DNA of 64,000 nucleotides, taken from Octopus bimaculoides (lineage: Eukaryota). Positions 50,605 to 63,276 of the stretch are shown piece after piece (positions within the stretch are counted from its first letter, which is position 1; every line of letters starts with the position of its first letter). A program made the position numbers and the translations under genes. Location of the stretch: the NCBI RefSeq assembly GCF_001194135.2, contig NC_068986.1, positions 1,445,314 to 1,509,313 on the forward strand, in the 5' to 3' direction. A model generated the notes under the pieces. It was given only the letters and a program-made list of their open reading frames with translations. It ran no database searches and was not told the DNA's origin.

Positions 50605-51294
50605 GACAAATATAATGAAAAAGTGAAAATAATACAATGGAATATAAATAAGATTGTAAATAATTATAAATTATCATTAATATAAATAATATAAAAACCC
50701 CCAAAATATATAAAAGATAGAAACTGCTACATGTTTGAATAAGTTGATGTACAAATTATTTTATACTGGTAAATTATCTTATGTGTACAAAGAGTTGAAA
50801 TATAAAACAATTATATCTTAAAATAACATTATCATCATTTACAGAGCAGTTTCATATCAGAAAAATACATATGCACGTAAAATCCACATTGTTACTGAGA
50901 GCAACATTTTTGTATGGACTGGAATAATGTTGTTATTTAATCAAATAACAGAAGAAAAACATCATACTGAATGAAATGTTATCTAGAATATATTGTCATG
51001 AGAACTAGATACATCGTATAATGTATCTAGAACTACATAACTCAATGAACTGCCCTTCCTTTTTCAACACAGTAAGGTTTGAAGGTAGTTATTTCTAACA
51101 ATTCAAGTAACCACATAGAGCTACCCCTCTCATAGCTACATCATAAAGCATTTCATTTGGTCTCTCAACCACCTCCACCATCCTTCTAGTATTTGCATAT
51201 GCAGAAAATAATGTTTATAATGATTGATGATAATTACAGTAATAACAAACAAGATAAATACAGTTATAATAGTAAAAAATGAAAGACTACTTAC

Positions 51295-51367
51295 TAATAG
51301 AGTTATCTGGGGAGACAAAATGCCGCCGATACGTCCCCACACTAGGCATGTACCAAGTCCTATATTT
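51295..51367 (-). CDS. SLC22-family TM11 exon, 73 nt: (R)NIGLGTCLVWGRIGGILSPQITLL
   Basis: cttttcttgcag acceptor and gtaagt donor. RNxGLG...RIGGILSP is the SLC22 TM11 motif. Phase 2 to 0 fits both neighbours. Confidence 0.93.
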
Positions 51368-51925
51368 CTGCAAGAAAAAGTAACAGATTTAGCTTCTCAA
51401 TGATTATGGACATATCTATAAATGTTGCGTTATTGAGATACTTTTTACGCATGCCTCTGTGTGTATGTAAAAAATATTTTTAATTCATGAACATTTATAA
51501 AATATCATAAATAAAATTATACTTATATATACATAAATAAAATATAGCGTAGAATAATAAAATACGCTTATTTGATGGCATAAAAAATGCATTGGCACAT
51601 TAGATGCATCCCAATATTAGCAACATGCATTCACAAAATCAGAAAAATATTTTAGTGCATTAAAGCTTGTAATACAGGCCCTGAGACATATTTTGGGGGA
51701 AAAAGTGCATTTTATATGCAATGAAATACATAAACGTTGGAATATCAGAATACTTTAAACAGGTGTAGCTGTGCAGGTGCAAGTGTGTGGCTGTGTGATA
51801 AGAAGTTTGATTCCCAACAACACAGTTCCAGGTTCAGTCCCACTGCATGACACTTCAAGCAAGTGTCTTCTACTATAGCACTGGGCTGACCAAAGCCCTG
51901 TGAGTAGATTTAGTAGATGGACACT

Positions 51926-51957
<32 letters not shown>

Positions 51958-51995
51958 CCGTGTCCCTTTCTCATCACTTGACATCCAATATTGGT

Positions 51996-52223
51996 GGCGA
52001 GCTGGCAGAATCGTTAGCATGCTGGGCAAAATGCTTAGCGGTATTTCGTTTGCTGTTAGGTTCTGAGTTCAAATTCTGGTGAGGCCGACTTCGCCTTTCA
52101 TCCCTTTGGGGTCAATTAAATAAGTACCAGTTATGCACTAGGGTCGATGTAATCAACTTAATCCCGTCATCTGTCCTTATTTGTTCCCTCTCTGTTTAGA
52201 GCTCTGTGGGCAATAAAGAAATA
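51996..52223 (+). mobile_element. Well-preserved family A SINE with a target-site duplication, inserted into a family B SINE
   Basis: GGCGAGCTGGCAGAATCGTTAGC...GAGTTCAAATTC. AATATTGGTGG occurs at 51987-51997 and 52224-52234. Confidence 0.9.
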
Positions 52224-52302
52224 AATATTGGTGGGTTTATGTCTGTGTTGTTGTTAGGCAAAAAGAGACCAATAGAGTAAGCACCAGGCTTAACAATACA
52301 TG

Positions 52303-52357
<55 letters not shown>

Positions 52358-53525
52358 GGTGTGTGTATATACACATATATATTTATATACACAAACATAC
52401 ACACACATACATATATACACACATATGTGTGTATGTGCGTGTGTGTGGAATTTCAACATCAACAAGAGTATTTTTGTTTGTATGTATGCATGTATGCATG
52501 CATGCATGTAGGTGCAGATTTGTATCTTTGATGCATGTATTCTCATGCATATAGCTGCATATCTTATGTATGTATCCACCCAAAAAATGGAACAAGAATG
52601 CAACAGAGGACAATAAAACATCCGGACAGATAGACGATGCGAAGATGGACAGGAAAAACAACAAGGATGGGTCATTCGTGGCCTTCTCTCCTCAGTCAAG
52701 TTTCCAGATTATCCTTACAGTTTCGGCCGGTTACACTTGAGACTGTTCAAATCTGGCTGGCCCCAAAAATCTAAGCTAAGAGCATTAAATATTTTGGGAG
52801 AAAGCAAGCAAATGTGTACGACAACAAAAACAAAAACAAAAACAACCAGAGTAAATGTTACACAATTACAAATACAATCAACAAGAAGATAACAACAGGT
52901 GTCTTTCGACTAATTAAAAGCGAATCAAGGTGAGCTGGCATGTGTAGAGTGAAAGCCTTGAGGCAGGAACATAGGAGATGAACCAGACTGGAACCGGGTG
53001 CAGCCATCTGGTTTACCAGTTCCAATCAGACTGTCTAATCCATACTAGCATGATGATGATGATTGCTAAACAGATAAAAGTAATGATTTCACTCCAATAT
53101 ACCAGTATTAGAAGCATAGCAGGTCTGATTGATTTGTCACATGTATTGTAAATGTTGCATGCAACTGACTTTGTGGCCCCTTGTGTAATCAACTGCAAAT
53201 TGGAAAACGTGTGGGAGGGAGGGTGAGAGTGATTGCAACTCACATTTTTTTTTCTTTTCTTACTTTGCAATCTGATAATGAATACAGTTGAGCATAATAC
53301 TGTTCGACGCATACAAAGCTGAGGTCTGAATATGTAATCTTGTTTATCTTACATTCGTAAATATATACACTCTCTATATGTGTATGTGCATACACATACA
53401 TACATCTCTCTGTTTGTTTATTTGTTTGTTTGTGTGTGTCTCTCTCTCTAAATATATATATGTGTGTAAGTGTGTGTGTGTATGTATGTGTGCATATGTA
53501 TGTGTGTGTATGTATGTGTGTGTTT

Positions 53526-53621
<96 letters not shown>

Positions 53622-54849
53622 AATATAGGCAGAAGCAATGAAAAAGTACTCAATCCAGTGAGAGATGAATATCAATTTAATACAGAACCGAGAGAATAAT
53701 TTGTTTGTATTTTTTAAAAATATATATAATGCAAAAACAGAACCTGAGCGATTGCTTGGGAATACATAGCATATGTTATAAATATGCCTTGTTAAAGTAT
53801 CATAACAGCATGAAACTATTAGTAGCTCTTGTGGTTGTGTATTAAATTGATATATTTATGTTAAATTTACATATATATATATATATCTAGGAAAAGATTT
53901 TCTCAATACACACACACACACACGCATGCACACACACACACACGCATGCACACACACACACACACATGCACACACACACACACACATGCACACACACATA
54001 AAACATAAAAAATCAGGAGGTATGAGAGGTGAATATATTCATTTAATCACTTGAACTCCTTAGATTACAGCTGTTTCACAGCCTTCCTCATATAGCAAGA
54101 ATTTCAGAGTGAAAGAAATTGTTTACATGTTTGCACTAATATGCATGCTCTACTTTATATAATGCAATTATATATTCACAAATCAAAACAAATAAAGAAA
54201 GTTAACTCTGCGAGGTGAATCGCTGGTGTATCCATGATGTTCTGATGAGCTAGCTTCTTTTTTTTTTTGTTAACATTAAGGTCGGTCAATTCCCTGAATT
54301 TCTACCTAACACCTTAATCAATATGAACCAACATATCTTCATTTTTACTGACCAAACCAAGCTAATCTTATTTAGTTTTGGTCTTTCACATATTGTATAC
54401 ATAAAGAGATTTTGCATGTATACTTATGAGTTGAATCCTTGGTGTAACCAGGATGTTCTGGGGATCTGATGAGCTAGCTTTCTTTACTTGCATTGATTTG
54501 TGAATATAGCATGCATATTAATGCAAACATGTAAATATAATTTTTTTCTACACTGAAAACAGTCAAAATCCTAAGGCTGTCAAGTGGTTAAATAAATGTA
54601 TATTCACCTCCCATACCTCTTGACTTTTTATTGCTTATATACTCCTCATAAAAATCAGATATTCTGGATTTCTGTAGCATAAACACTCTGCATTACACTT
54701 CTCTATGTTGTATTACTATGTGGTCTGTTAGCCAAGTCCGTTAGAGGAGCTTTCTGTGATTGCCACACAATTCTGTGAATCCAAATCTTATACTACGAAT
54801 TTATATATAATTGGAATAAATTATGTACAAATTTGTTCCAGATCTTTGT

Positions 54850-55510
54850 GCTCTGAGATCACATATTGCAAAGGTCAACTTTGCCTTCTCTCTTCCTGGG
54901 TGCAATAAAATAAAGTAGTTGTCAAGTATCGGGGTCGATGCAACCAACTATCCTGTTCTCACAGATTTCAGGCCTTGCACCTTTGTTAGAAACAATTATT
55001 GTTATTGAAATGTAATGTGTCTTGAATGGCACAACAATGCAGAGTGTACTAAAATAACTGTTATAAATAATTTAATTATTCATGGTCTAATATAATATTT
55101 CAGAATACAAAAATTCCTTCTTCAGATATTGCTTGGAAGTAATGGAATTACATTTATCCATTGGCATAAATCTGTATCACAGATGGGGCAGTTAGCAAGT
55201 GTACATTGATTGCTGTCCCTTGCTCATTTCTTTGCTATTTATTGTTATTTTCAGTTGAAGTTGAGCAGCGGTAGGGATCTAGTGTTGTTGGGATGTTTTA
55301 TATTCTGGCAGAATTGTTAACATACTGGACAAAATACTTTGTACATTTCCAAGCCCTTCATGCTCTGTGTTCAAATTCTGCCAAGGTTGAATTTTATTTC
55401 ATTATTTTGGGGTTAATAAGATAAGTACCAATTGAACACTAGGGTTGATGTAATTAACTATTCCTCAACTCCTCTGAAATTGCTGGCCTTGTGCCAAAAT
55501 TTGAAATCAT

Positions 55511-55576
<66 letters not shown>

Positions 55577-55805
55577 AAAAAAGGATGCAAGCTGGCAGAT
55601 ACATTAGCATGCCAGGTGAAACGCTTAGCAGTATTTTGTCTGTCTTAACATTCTGAGTTCAAATTCCGCCAAAGTTGATTTTGTCTTTCATTCTTTCAGG
55701 GTTGATAAAATAAGTAACAGTTGAGCACTAGTGTAGATGTAATTGACTACCTCCAACCCCCAAAATTGCTTGCCTTGTGCCAAAATTTGAAATCATTATT
55801 ATTAT
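54850..55805 (+). mobile_element. Family A SINE mini-chain (three copies, + strand) with a (CTA)n linker
   Basis: Copies at about 54850-55005, 55300-55505 and 55580-55805. (TAC)n lies at 55511-55575. Confidence 0.8.
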
Positions 55806-56042
55806 TATGACAGAGTAGTGTAGCAGCAGAAATGAATTACTATCACCTTAAATGCTTTATGGGATTTAGTTACAAGCTTTACATTCTGAGTTGAGATCTT
55901 GCTGAAGTGAAATAAATGCAAAACATATCTTCTTAACGTAGAATTCACATTTCTATATACAATTTATTGATCATGAAAAAATAAAAAAACACAATAGCGA
56001 ATAATATATATATACGTATGTGCATATATTATATACATATAC

Positions 56043-56077
<35 letters not shown>

Positions 56078-56087
56078 NNNNNNNNNN

Positions 56088-56124
<37 letters not shown>

Positions 56125-56301
56125 AGAAAGAGGAAGAGAAAGAGATGTGTCTTTTCATTCATATCTGATAAATTGAGTACACACATACACACTTGAACAT
56201 ATATATCTATTTTGTATATAATGTACATAAAAAATATCCCACAGTAAAATGTGTACATTTTTTAACTCTCTTACACCCACTAAAATCCAACAGCCTGCTA
56301 G

Positions 56302-56344
<43 letters not shown>

Positions 56345-56598
56345 CACAAATTGATGCAGTATTCTTCCAGACACATTATCAGTAAAACATGACTGAATGA
56401 ATAGCTATTTGAGGAAATATACATGTGTAAGTGTGCAGGCAGACATGCACATTTCATGTAGAGGCATACACACACATGTATGTATGTGTATGCATGTGTG
56501 TGCATGTGTGTATGTGTGTATGTATGTATGTGTCTATATATACACACATATATATGTATTCATATATGTATACATATGTGTGTGTCTATGTGTATATA

Positions 56599-56666
<68 letters not shown>

Positions 56667-58749
56667 CACACATATATATAAATGGTGTGTGTGTGTGAGA
56701 GAGAGAAAGAGAGAGAAGTAATCATATATGTTGTGCATGCCTGATCAAACTCATAACTGTCAGGTTGTCTTTTTTATAGATACAAATAACTTAACATCGG
56801 TTTGAAGGAAACCAAACTTTCAGCCATGCTTGTGACTATTTTCAGAAGGAATGTATATATGTGTGTGTGTGTGTGTATGTGTGAGTGTAAAGGAGAGAGA
56901 GAGAGAGAGAGAGAGTGTGTGTGTGTGTGGAGGGACAGTTAGGTAGAGGAAATAAAGAGAATTTGCTTAGTATTTATAGTGAGTAATGAGCAGTCTACAG
57001 TACGAAGCAAATGGCCATCACAGTTGTCTGGGTTAAGATGGTATCAAAGAAAAATGAGAATTTGATAGGTAAAATTGTGGTCTGATGCTGGCTACAAAAG
57101 CATATTTAGTAGGAAGAGATAGGACTGATTAAATAAAGGTAATAATTAAAGCCATTCCTAAAATATTACTTTTCAAAATAGATGCTGCATGGTTAAGAAG
57201 TTTGCTTCTCAAGCCCATAGCATATTGGGCAAGTGACTTACTTCAGTCTGTGGACGAGACTGAGTTGATGGAAACTGTGTAGAAGCCTGTTAGATGAACT
57301 GTACTTGTAATTGAAACAGCTATAGTGAACTTCAGCCCATTTATGTCATTATATATGGATATATCTATATCTATATGTGTTTATATATATATATATATAT
57401 ATATATNNNNNNNNNNNNNNNNNNNNNNNNNNNNNNNNNNNNNNNNNNNNNNNNNNNNNNNNNNNNNNNNNNNNNNNNNNNNNNNNNNNNNNNNNNNNNN
57501 NNNNNNNNNNNNNNNNNNNNNNNNNNNNNNNNNNNNNNNNNNNNNNNNNNNNNNNNNNNNNNNNNNNNNNNNNNNNNNNNNNNNNNNNNNNNNNNNNNNN
57601 NNNNNNNNNNNNNNNNNNNNNNNNNNNNNNNNNNNNNNNNNNNNNNNNNNNNNNNNNNNNNNNNNNNNNNNNNNNNNNNNNNNNNNNNNNNNNNNNNNNN
57701 NNNNNNNNNNNTCTTTTGAATATGAAAATTTAAGAGTTTAAAAATCTTATGATATAAATATAAACTGTGAGAACGACCCTTAAGGAATCTAATTAATGAT
57801 CTCCTAAGGTAAGTTCTTATGCTATATTGGTAACGGTTGCCACATCCTCTGGAAAAAAATTATTATATATATATATATATATATGTGCACAGACATACAT
57901 ACAGAGACACAGACACACAAATACTTATGTTATACACTTATGTTACAAATACTTATTTTACATGAACTTGAATAATACAGAAGCAAAACAGATCAGTGGA
58001 TATGGTACATGATATGACTATCATGCTGGAAATTTGCAGTTGAGATCCACTTCAATTGTTTTGCTGTCTATTTGGGTCATACACTAAATTTTAGATATCT
58101 TAGTTAAGTAGGCTGACAAGTGAAAGTATCAGATTATCCAAGAATATTATCTGAAATATACCAGTGTCTGAGTTAGTAAGAGAATTATCTCTAATCTGCT
58201 TAATGCCCAAGAGTCAGTGTTTAGTATTGACAATAGGTGCAGGAATGGCTACATAGCTAAAAAGTTCACTTCATAGCCATACAATTGTGGGTTCAGTCTC
58301 ACTGTGTGGCACCTTGGGGAAATGTCTGCTGCTATAGCCTCAGACCACCAATACTTTATGGCATATGGAAATTGTACAAAGGCCATCATGTGTGTGTGTG
58401 TGTGTGTGTGCATGTGTGTACCTGTTTGTGTGTGAATATACGTATGCAAGTGAATGTTTACATTCTGTGATAAGCTAAACATTTCCTGGTAGACCAACCA
58501 TCTGGAAACTCTGGGCTTTTGAAGATGTGTAGAAAAGAAACTCCTTTACTTGGAGAATAGGTAAGGGTTAATGACAGGAAGGTCATGCTAGCAAGGGAAA
58601 ATAAATGAATGAACCAATTTAAACTCCTTTGTTGACTCCTTCTGGTATTTATATATATATATATATATGCAAAATTGATTACCTCAAATACTGAATATGG
58701 AAGTACAGAATAACAAATCAGAATTTTAATCCTAAAACACTATCTTTAT

Positions 58750-59210
58750 AGTAATGGTTTCAAATTTTGGCACAACACATTACTGAATTTTAGGAGATGG
58801 GGTAAGTTGATTTCATTGAACCCCAGGGTTTAGCCAGTGTTTATCTTAATGACCCTGAAAGTATTCTTTTCTACTCTAGGCACAAGGCCCAAAATCTTTG
58901 GGGAGGGGTCCAGTTGATTGGATCGACCCTAGTACGCAACTGGTAATTAATTTATCGACTCCGAAAAGATGAAAGGCAAAATCAACCCCAGCAGAATTTG
59001 AACTCAGAATGTAAAGACAGATGAAATACCGCTGAGCATTTCGCCTGGCGTGCTAACGATTCTGCCAGCTCGCCTCCTTAATGACTTTGAAAGTATAAAA
59101 GGATGAAGGGCAACCTTGGTGGGATTTGAACTCAGAGCATTAAAGAGCCAGAAGAAACGCTACTAACCATTTAGTCCAACATGCTCTAAGAATTTTGTCA
59201 GCTGACTGAC
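58750..59210 (-). mobile_element. Family A SINE mini-chain (three copies, - strand)
   Basis: Copies at about 58752, 58865 and 59085. The middle copy is near consensus. Confidence 0.85.
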
Positions 59211-60359
59211 TTATTTTGTAGTAATAAAAATATTTATAGAAGCATTATATTCTTCCAGAATTGGAATCTGATTTATAAATAGAAGGGACAAGCAACAACC
59301 AAAGCACGAAGAGTTATTGAGTATTTTGTGAGAAAAGAGATCGTTGAAGGGTCAGAATCAAAAGGACACACAGCAATGCTTTGAATTGATTAATGAGCAA
59401 GCAATATCAATTTGTTAATGAAAAAACATTAATTTTGAATAAATATATATAAAAAGAATCTCTTGCAGTAAATCATGAACCAATACCATAATTTACAACT
59501 CCTTGCTTTTAGTTAAATCTTCACTTAATCAAGGCAAATACATCTTTTGTTATTTTTTAGGATTAAAAATAAAAAGTGGTTTGTTCTAGAAGTAAGGGTG
59601 TTGCTACAACATGGGTGACAAAAGAAGGGGAAATAATGTAGTAGGGTGACTCTGGGTGGGTGAGGTGCAAGACTAACAAACTCTGCTTTCTCCAGCAAGT
59701 GCAATATATTATATGGTCGGGTGCATATAAGGGTAGATGGCAGGATGGTCAGATGCTGACATGGCTATGTAATTAAGATGTTTGTATCCCAACTACATGA
59801 CTCTCCATGACTCTCCGTGCACCTAGCCATATAATATGCTGCAGCGCTCCATTGTGTGTCCCTTTTCCTTGGCAAATGCATCTAGGAAGGGTCGAATTAC
59901 ACATGGAGTATTCACATGTAGGTGAGACATATAGCACAAGCATGTTCTGTGTCCTTCTCATAGAAATATTTTTCTCTGCCTGTTTTGAATTTAATTAGTG
60001 TACAGAGACCAAGATACATTACGATAATACATGCTATCAATTCTGTTCAACTGATTTAATCAATGCAATATTTCTAATGAAATATACTGCCAAGGCTTTT
60101 CAATTAATTTTGGAAATAATCAATAATTTTAAAAGATTCAACAAAATGAAGTTTTTCATTATAAAAATATCTGTGGAACATACCATAACAAAAGTTCTTA
60201 GATAAAGTTATATTAGAAGGTTTCTGCTTAAATATAAACACTCTACAAAAAAATTTGTATCCAAGAACCAAAGACTGTTCCAGATGGAATGTTACTAAAA
60301 GGATTAAACTCTACTTTACAAACACAGAAATTTGTGTCATACATTTCTTAATTCTACTT

Positions 60360-60665
60360 TCATCATCATCATCATCATCTTCGTTGTTTAATGTCCACTT
60401 TCCATGCTGGCATGGGTTGGACGGTTTGACTGAGAACTGGCAAGCTGGGAGGCTGTACCAGGCTCCAATCTGATCTGGCAAGGTTTCTACAGATGGATGC
60501 CCTTCCTAATGCCAATCACTCCGAGAGTGTAGTAGGTACTTTTATGTGCCACTGGCATGGGAGCCAGTCAGGCAGCACTGGCATCAGCCACACCCAAATG
60601 ATGTTTTTATGTGCCACTGACGTGGCACTGGCATCAGTCACACTTGAATGGTGTTTTTTACGTGT
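60360..60665 (-). mobile_element. Second copy of the same RTE 3' UTR (tail plus 2-3 array units)
   Basis: Aligns by eye along its length with 49260-49520. Confidence 0.85.
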
Positions 60666-60674
60666 CAAAGATAC

Positions 60675-61232
60675 TCAAGAGAAGATGTATTTGACAGCAT
60701 GGACAGGCAGACAATCTGGGGCATCTTATGACACTATGGTGTGCCAGAGAAAATCATGGGCATTATTTCATTACTCTATGAGGAGTTTTCTTGCCAAGTC
60801 ATCCATGCTGGGAGATTGTCGGAGGAATTCAGGGTCAGCACGGGAGTCAGACAGGGCTGTTTGTTGTCACCACTCCTGTTCCTCGTTGTGCTGGACTGGG
60901 TCACCAGGACGGCCTACGCTACCTCCGGGAAAGGTATTCAGTGGACACTGATGAACAAGCTGGAGGACTTGGACTACGCAGATGATCTCATGCTAATGTC
61001 ACATCGCCTGCAAGACATGCAAGATAAGGTAGACCACCTGAGAGAAAGTTCACGGCGAGTGTGCTTGAGGATCAGCCAGGAAAGGACAAAAGTGCTGCGT
61101 ATCAACAACAAGCAGGAAGAGCCAATCACAATCGAGGGGGTACCTGTGGAGGATGTTAGTGAGTTTGTCCATCTTGGCAGCAAGATCAGCAAATCAGGTG
61201 GATCAGACGAGGATATCACTAGTAGAGTTCAT
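60675..61232 (+). mobile_element. RTE-clade LINE reverse transcriptase core fragment
   Basis: FDSMDRQTIWGIL*HYGVPEK...GVRQGCLLSPLLF...LEDLDYADDL...ERTKVL...FVHLGS. The YADD motif is intact. One stop, and truncated at both ends. Confidence 0.93.
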
Positions 61233-61351
61233 TGATAGAATTACCAGTTTAGAAGCCTTGCTATTCCCATCTGGTACATAATTGGTGCTTCCCATTGTAA
61301 GAAGCATATCAAAACACAATAGATGCAAAAGCTGAAGAACTTTTCACTTAC

Positions 61352-61454
61352 CTGACAACAGTGGGGAATAACTCTGAGGTGTAGACAAACAGGGTACTCA
61401 TTAGTCCTGCATATGCACAGCGCCCAATTATGAAGAAGACGGAAGATAAAATGT
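61352..61454 (-). CDS. SLC22-family organic ion transporter, TM10 exon, 103 nt: ILSSVFFIIGRCAYAGLMSTLFVYTSELFPTVV(R)
   Basis: On the minus strand, ctctttttacag acceptor and AG|gtaagt donor. Carries the SLC22/MFS motif YxxELFPTxxR. Its phase-2 end joins the 51367 exon. Missed by the ORF track. Confidence 0.92.
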
Positions 61455-62852
61455 CTGTAAAAAGAGAAAAATAGTTATTTGTCTTTGTAAGCATTTATGT
61501 GAAGGTGTTGGCTGCATGATGGTAAATTGTGCCTTTGAGTCTTAGGCAAGATACTTCATTTCATCTTGTCTTAGTCCATTCAGTTGAAAATGTGTACCAG
61601 TAGCAGTCAGGGATAAACCCCATAATTCAGTGGGGAGTCTTGTATTCTCAGTTGATTAAACAATTTGGAAACCTGAGTAAACTCTGTTTTCGTGAGTCTA
61701 TAAGCTACAGGGAGGCAGACCGTATGTATGTAATTCTGTTTATATGTATACATGAGACAGCAGATAAATTGCCTCATAAGAGGAGGCATGGCTTACACTG
61801 GCCACAGTGGTTAATGCTTGTAAATGTATAAATGTATTAATTTTGAGTAACATGAATGAGAGGAACGAAATTTACTTTAAAACACAGAATTAAAGCATCT
61901 GAAATGTTAAGTGGAAGAATAATGGAAAGGTGTGACAACTTTCCTTTCCCCAGAAGACTTAATAGAATTTACAGAGACTTGGTTTGTTGGAACAGCAACA
62001 ACAGCAACAACAACAACAACTATAAAACACACACAAAGGATTTAAATGCTTGAAGACTAACAGCAGCAACAGTTTCCTGGGTGCATAAAAGACCAATTAT
62101 AAGATGAAAGTCTGTTTTATGTCTTTGGTTAAATTACTTTAAGCTTTGCAGAAGATAGTTTCCCAGCTGGTCACCCTATCTAAAAGCATTCGGCAATGAA
62201 GTGGGTGGGAGTATGGAGGAGGGAGAATAGCCATCTTTCTGTGACTGAAGTAAAGAGAAATTTGTTTAAAACTACATTACAATATCCAAAGTAGTTATTT
62301 AAATCAATTACACTGTGTAACATGAGTTTTGTCCATGAGTAGCAACTGTTATTTCCAATTTGCTTATCCCTAGAAAGTATGAAAAATGGCTAATATTTTC
62401 TTCAAACTTTGCTTTTGTTACATTTATTCATAGGATCCCTCTCAACACATGGTTATGATACTCTCCGACTCATGATCAGAGATGTACATATTGTTAGCCA
62501 CAAAGCGATATGCTCTAGTGGTTGAGGTCAAGCAACTGACAAACAGAATATTTGGTATTATGATATTTCTGCCTCAGCAACTCATTGCTGAACCTGTCTG
62601 AAATGTAATGGAAAAAAAAAATCAGTTTCAAAACATTGATGTCCAGGTCACAAAAGCAAAGTTTGAAGGGAATAGTAGTCATTCCATTTGATTTCTAGAT
62701 GGAAACAAATAAGAAATAACAATTACTGACCAAAGGCAAAACAAAAAAATTGTTACACAGTGTTATTCAAGTATCTTAAATCAGAACTTAATACATAAGC
62801 ATATAACCTGGTCCATCAAACTTAATGTAGTAATGGTTGCCTTCCTCTAGAG

Positions 62853-63276
62853 CAGTGGTTCTTAACCATTTTGGATGTAGCCCCACCACCTACTCCTTAA
62901 GTAGTTGTTATGCCTAGCACCTACCAAAGTGGTGAGTGAGGTATCTTGACTAAATTACTTAATATGGATGATAATTTATAAATTTTACTCTAAAATGTAT
63001 TGTTTAAGCTTTTAACAGTGAAATGATTAAAAAAATTAATAAAGACAAAAGCTGGATATTTACTTTAAACATTGTAAGTTAATCACTTGCCTGATGAAGT
63101 CTCATTTTATTTTAATAACCATTACTAGTTTTATCAGGTATAATATAATTACTACTAAAGGTAAAATATATTTATGTTAATTATGCTACCTCACCACCTC
63201 CCGAAGCCTAACACACCTGCTTCTATATGTCCAGTATCCCCTCAGTGGGTGGTACCACCTACATTGAGAGCCTGGG
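62853..63276. mobile_element. hAT-Charlie-type MITE with an 8-bp TSD
   Basis: Left end CAGTGGTTCTTAACC and a degenerate right end TTGAGAGCCTGGG. Flanked by CTCTAGAG (62845-62852) and TTCTAGAG (63277-63284), the NTCTAGAN Charlie target. Confidence 0.55.

Noticed and set aside
52600-52790. CpG-rich patch with minus-strand GAAAC and CTGAGGA motifs (possible PLE or ribozyme)
   Set aside because: The motifs are not arranged with the helices a hammerhead needs, and no family could be assigned by eye.
53013-53312. Hydrophobic 99-aa minus ORF as a missing SLC22 exon
   Set aside because: No SLC22 motif. Its 3' part is an RTE tail with (CAT)n, and the true exons already splice in frame without it.
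54226-54485. Duplicated CTGATGAGCTAGCTT (54242 and 54466) as hammerhead cores
   Set aside because: No GAAA after a helix II and no helix I/III. Just a short local duplication.
59580-59990. Possible CR1 remnant (HMEYSHV-like motif)
   Set aside because: A single weak motif with no collinear neighbours.
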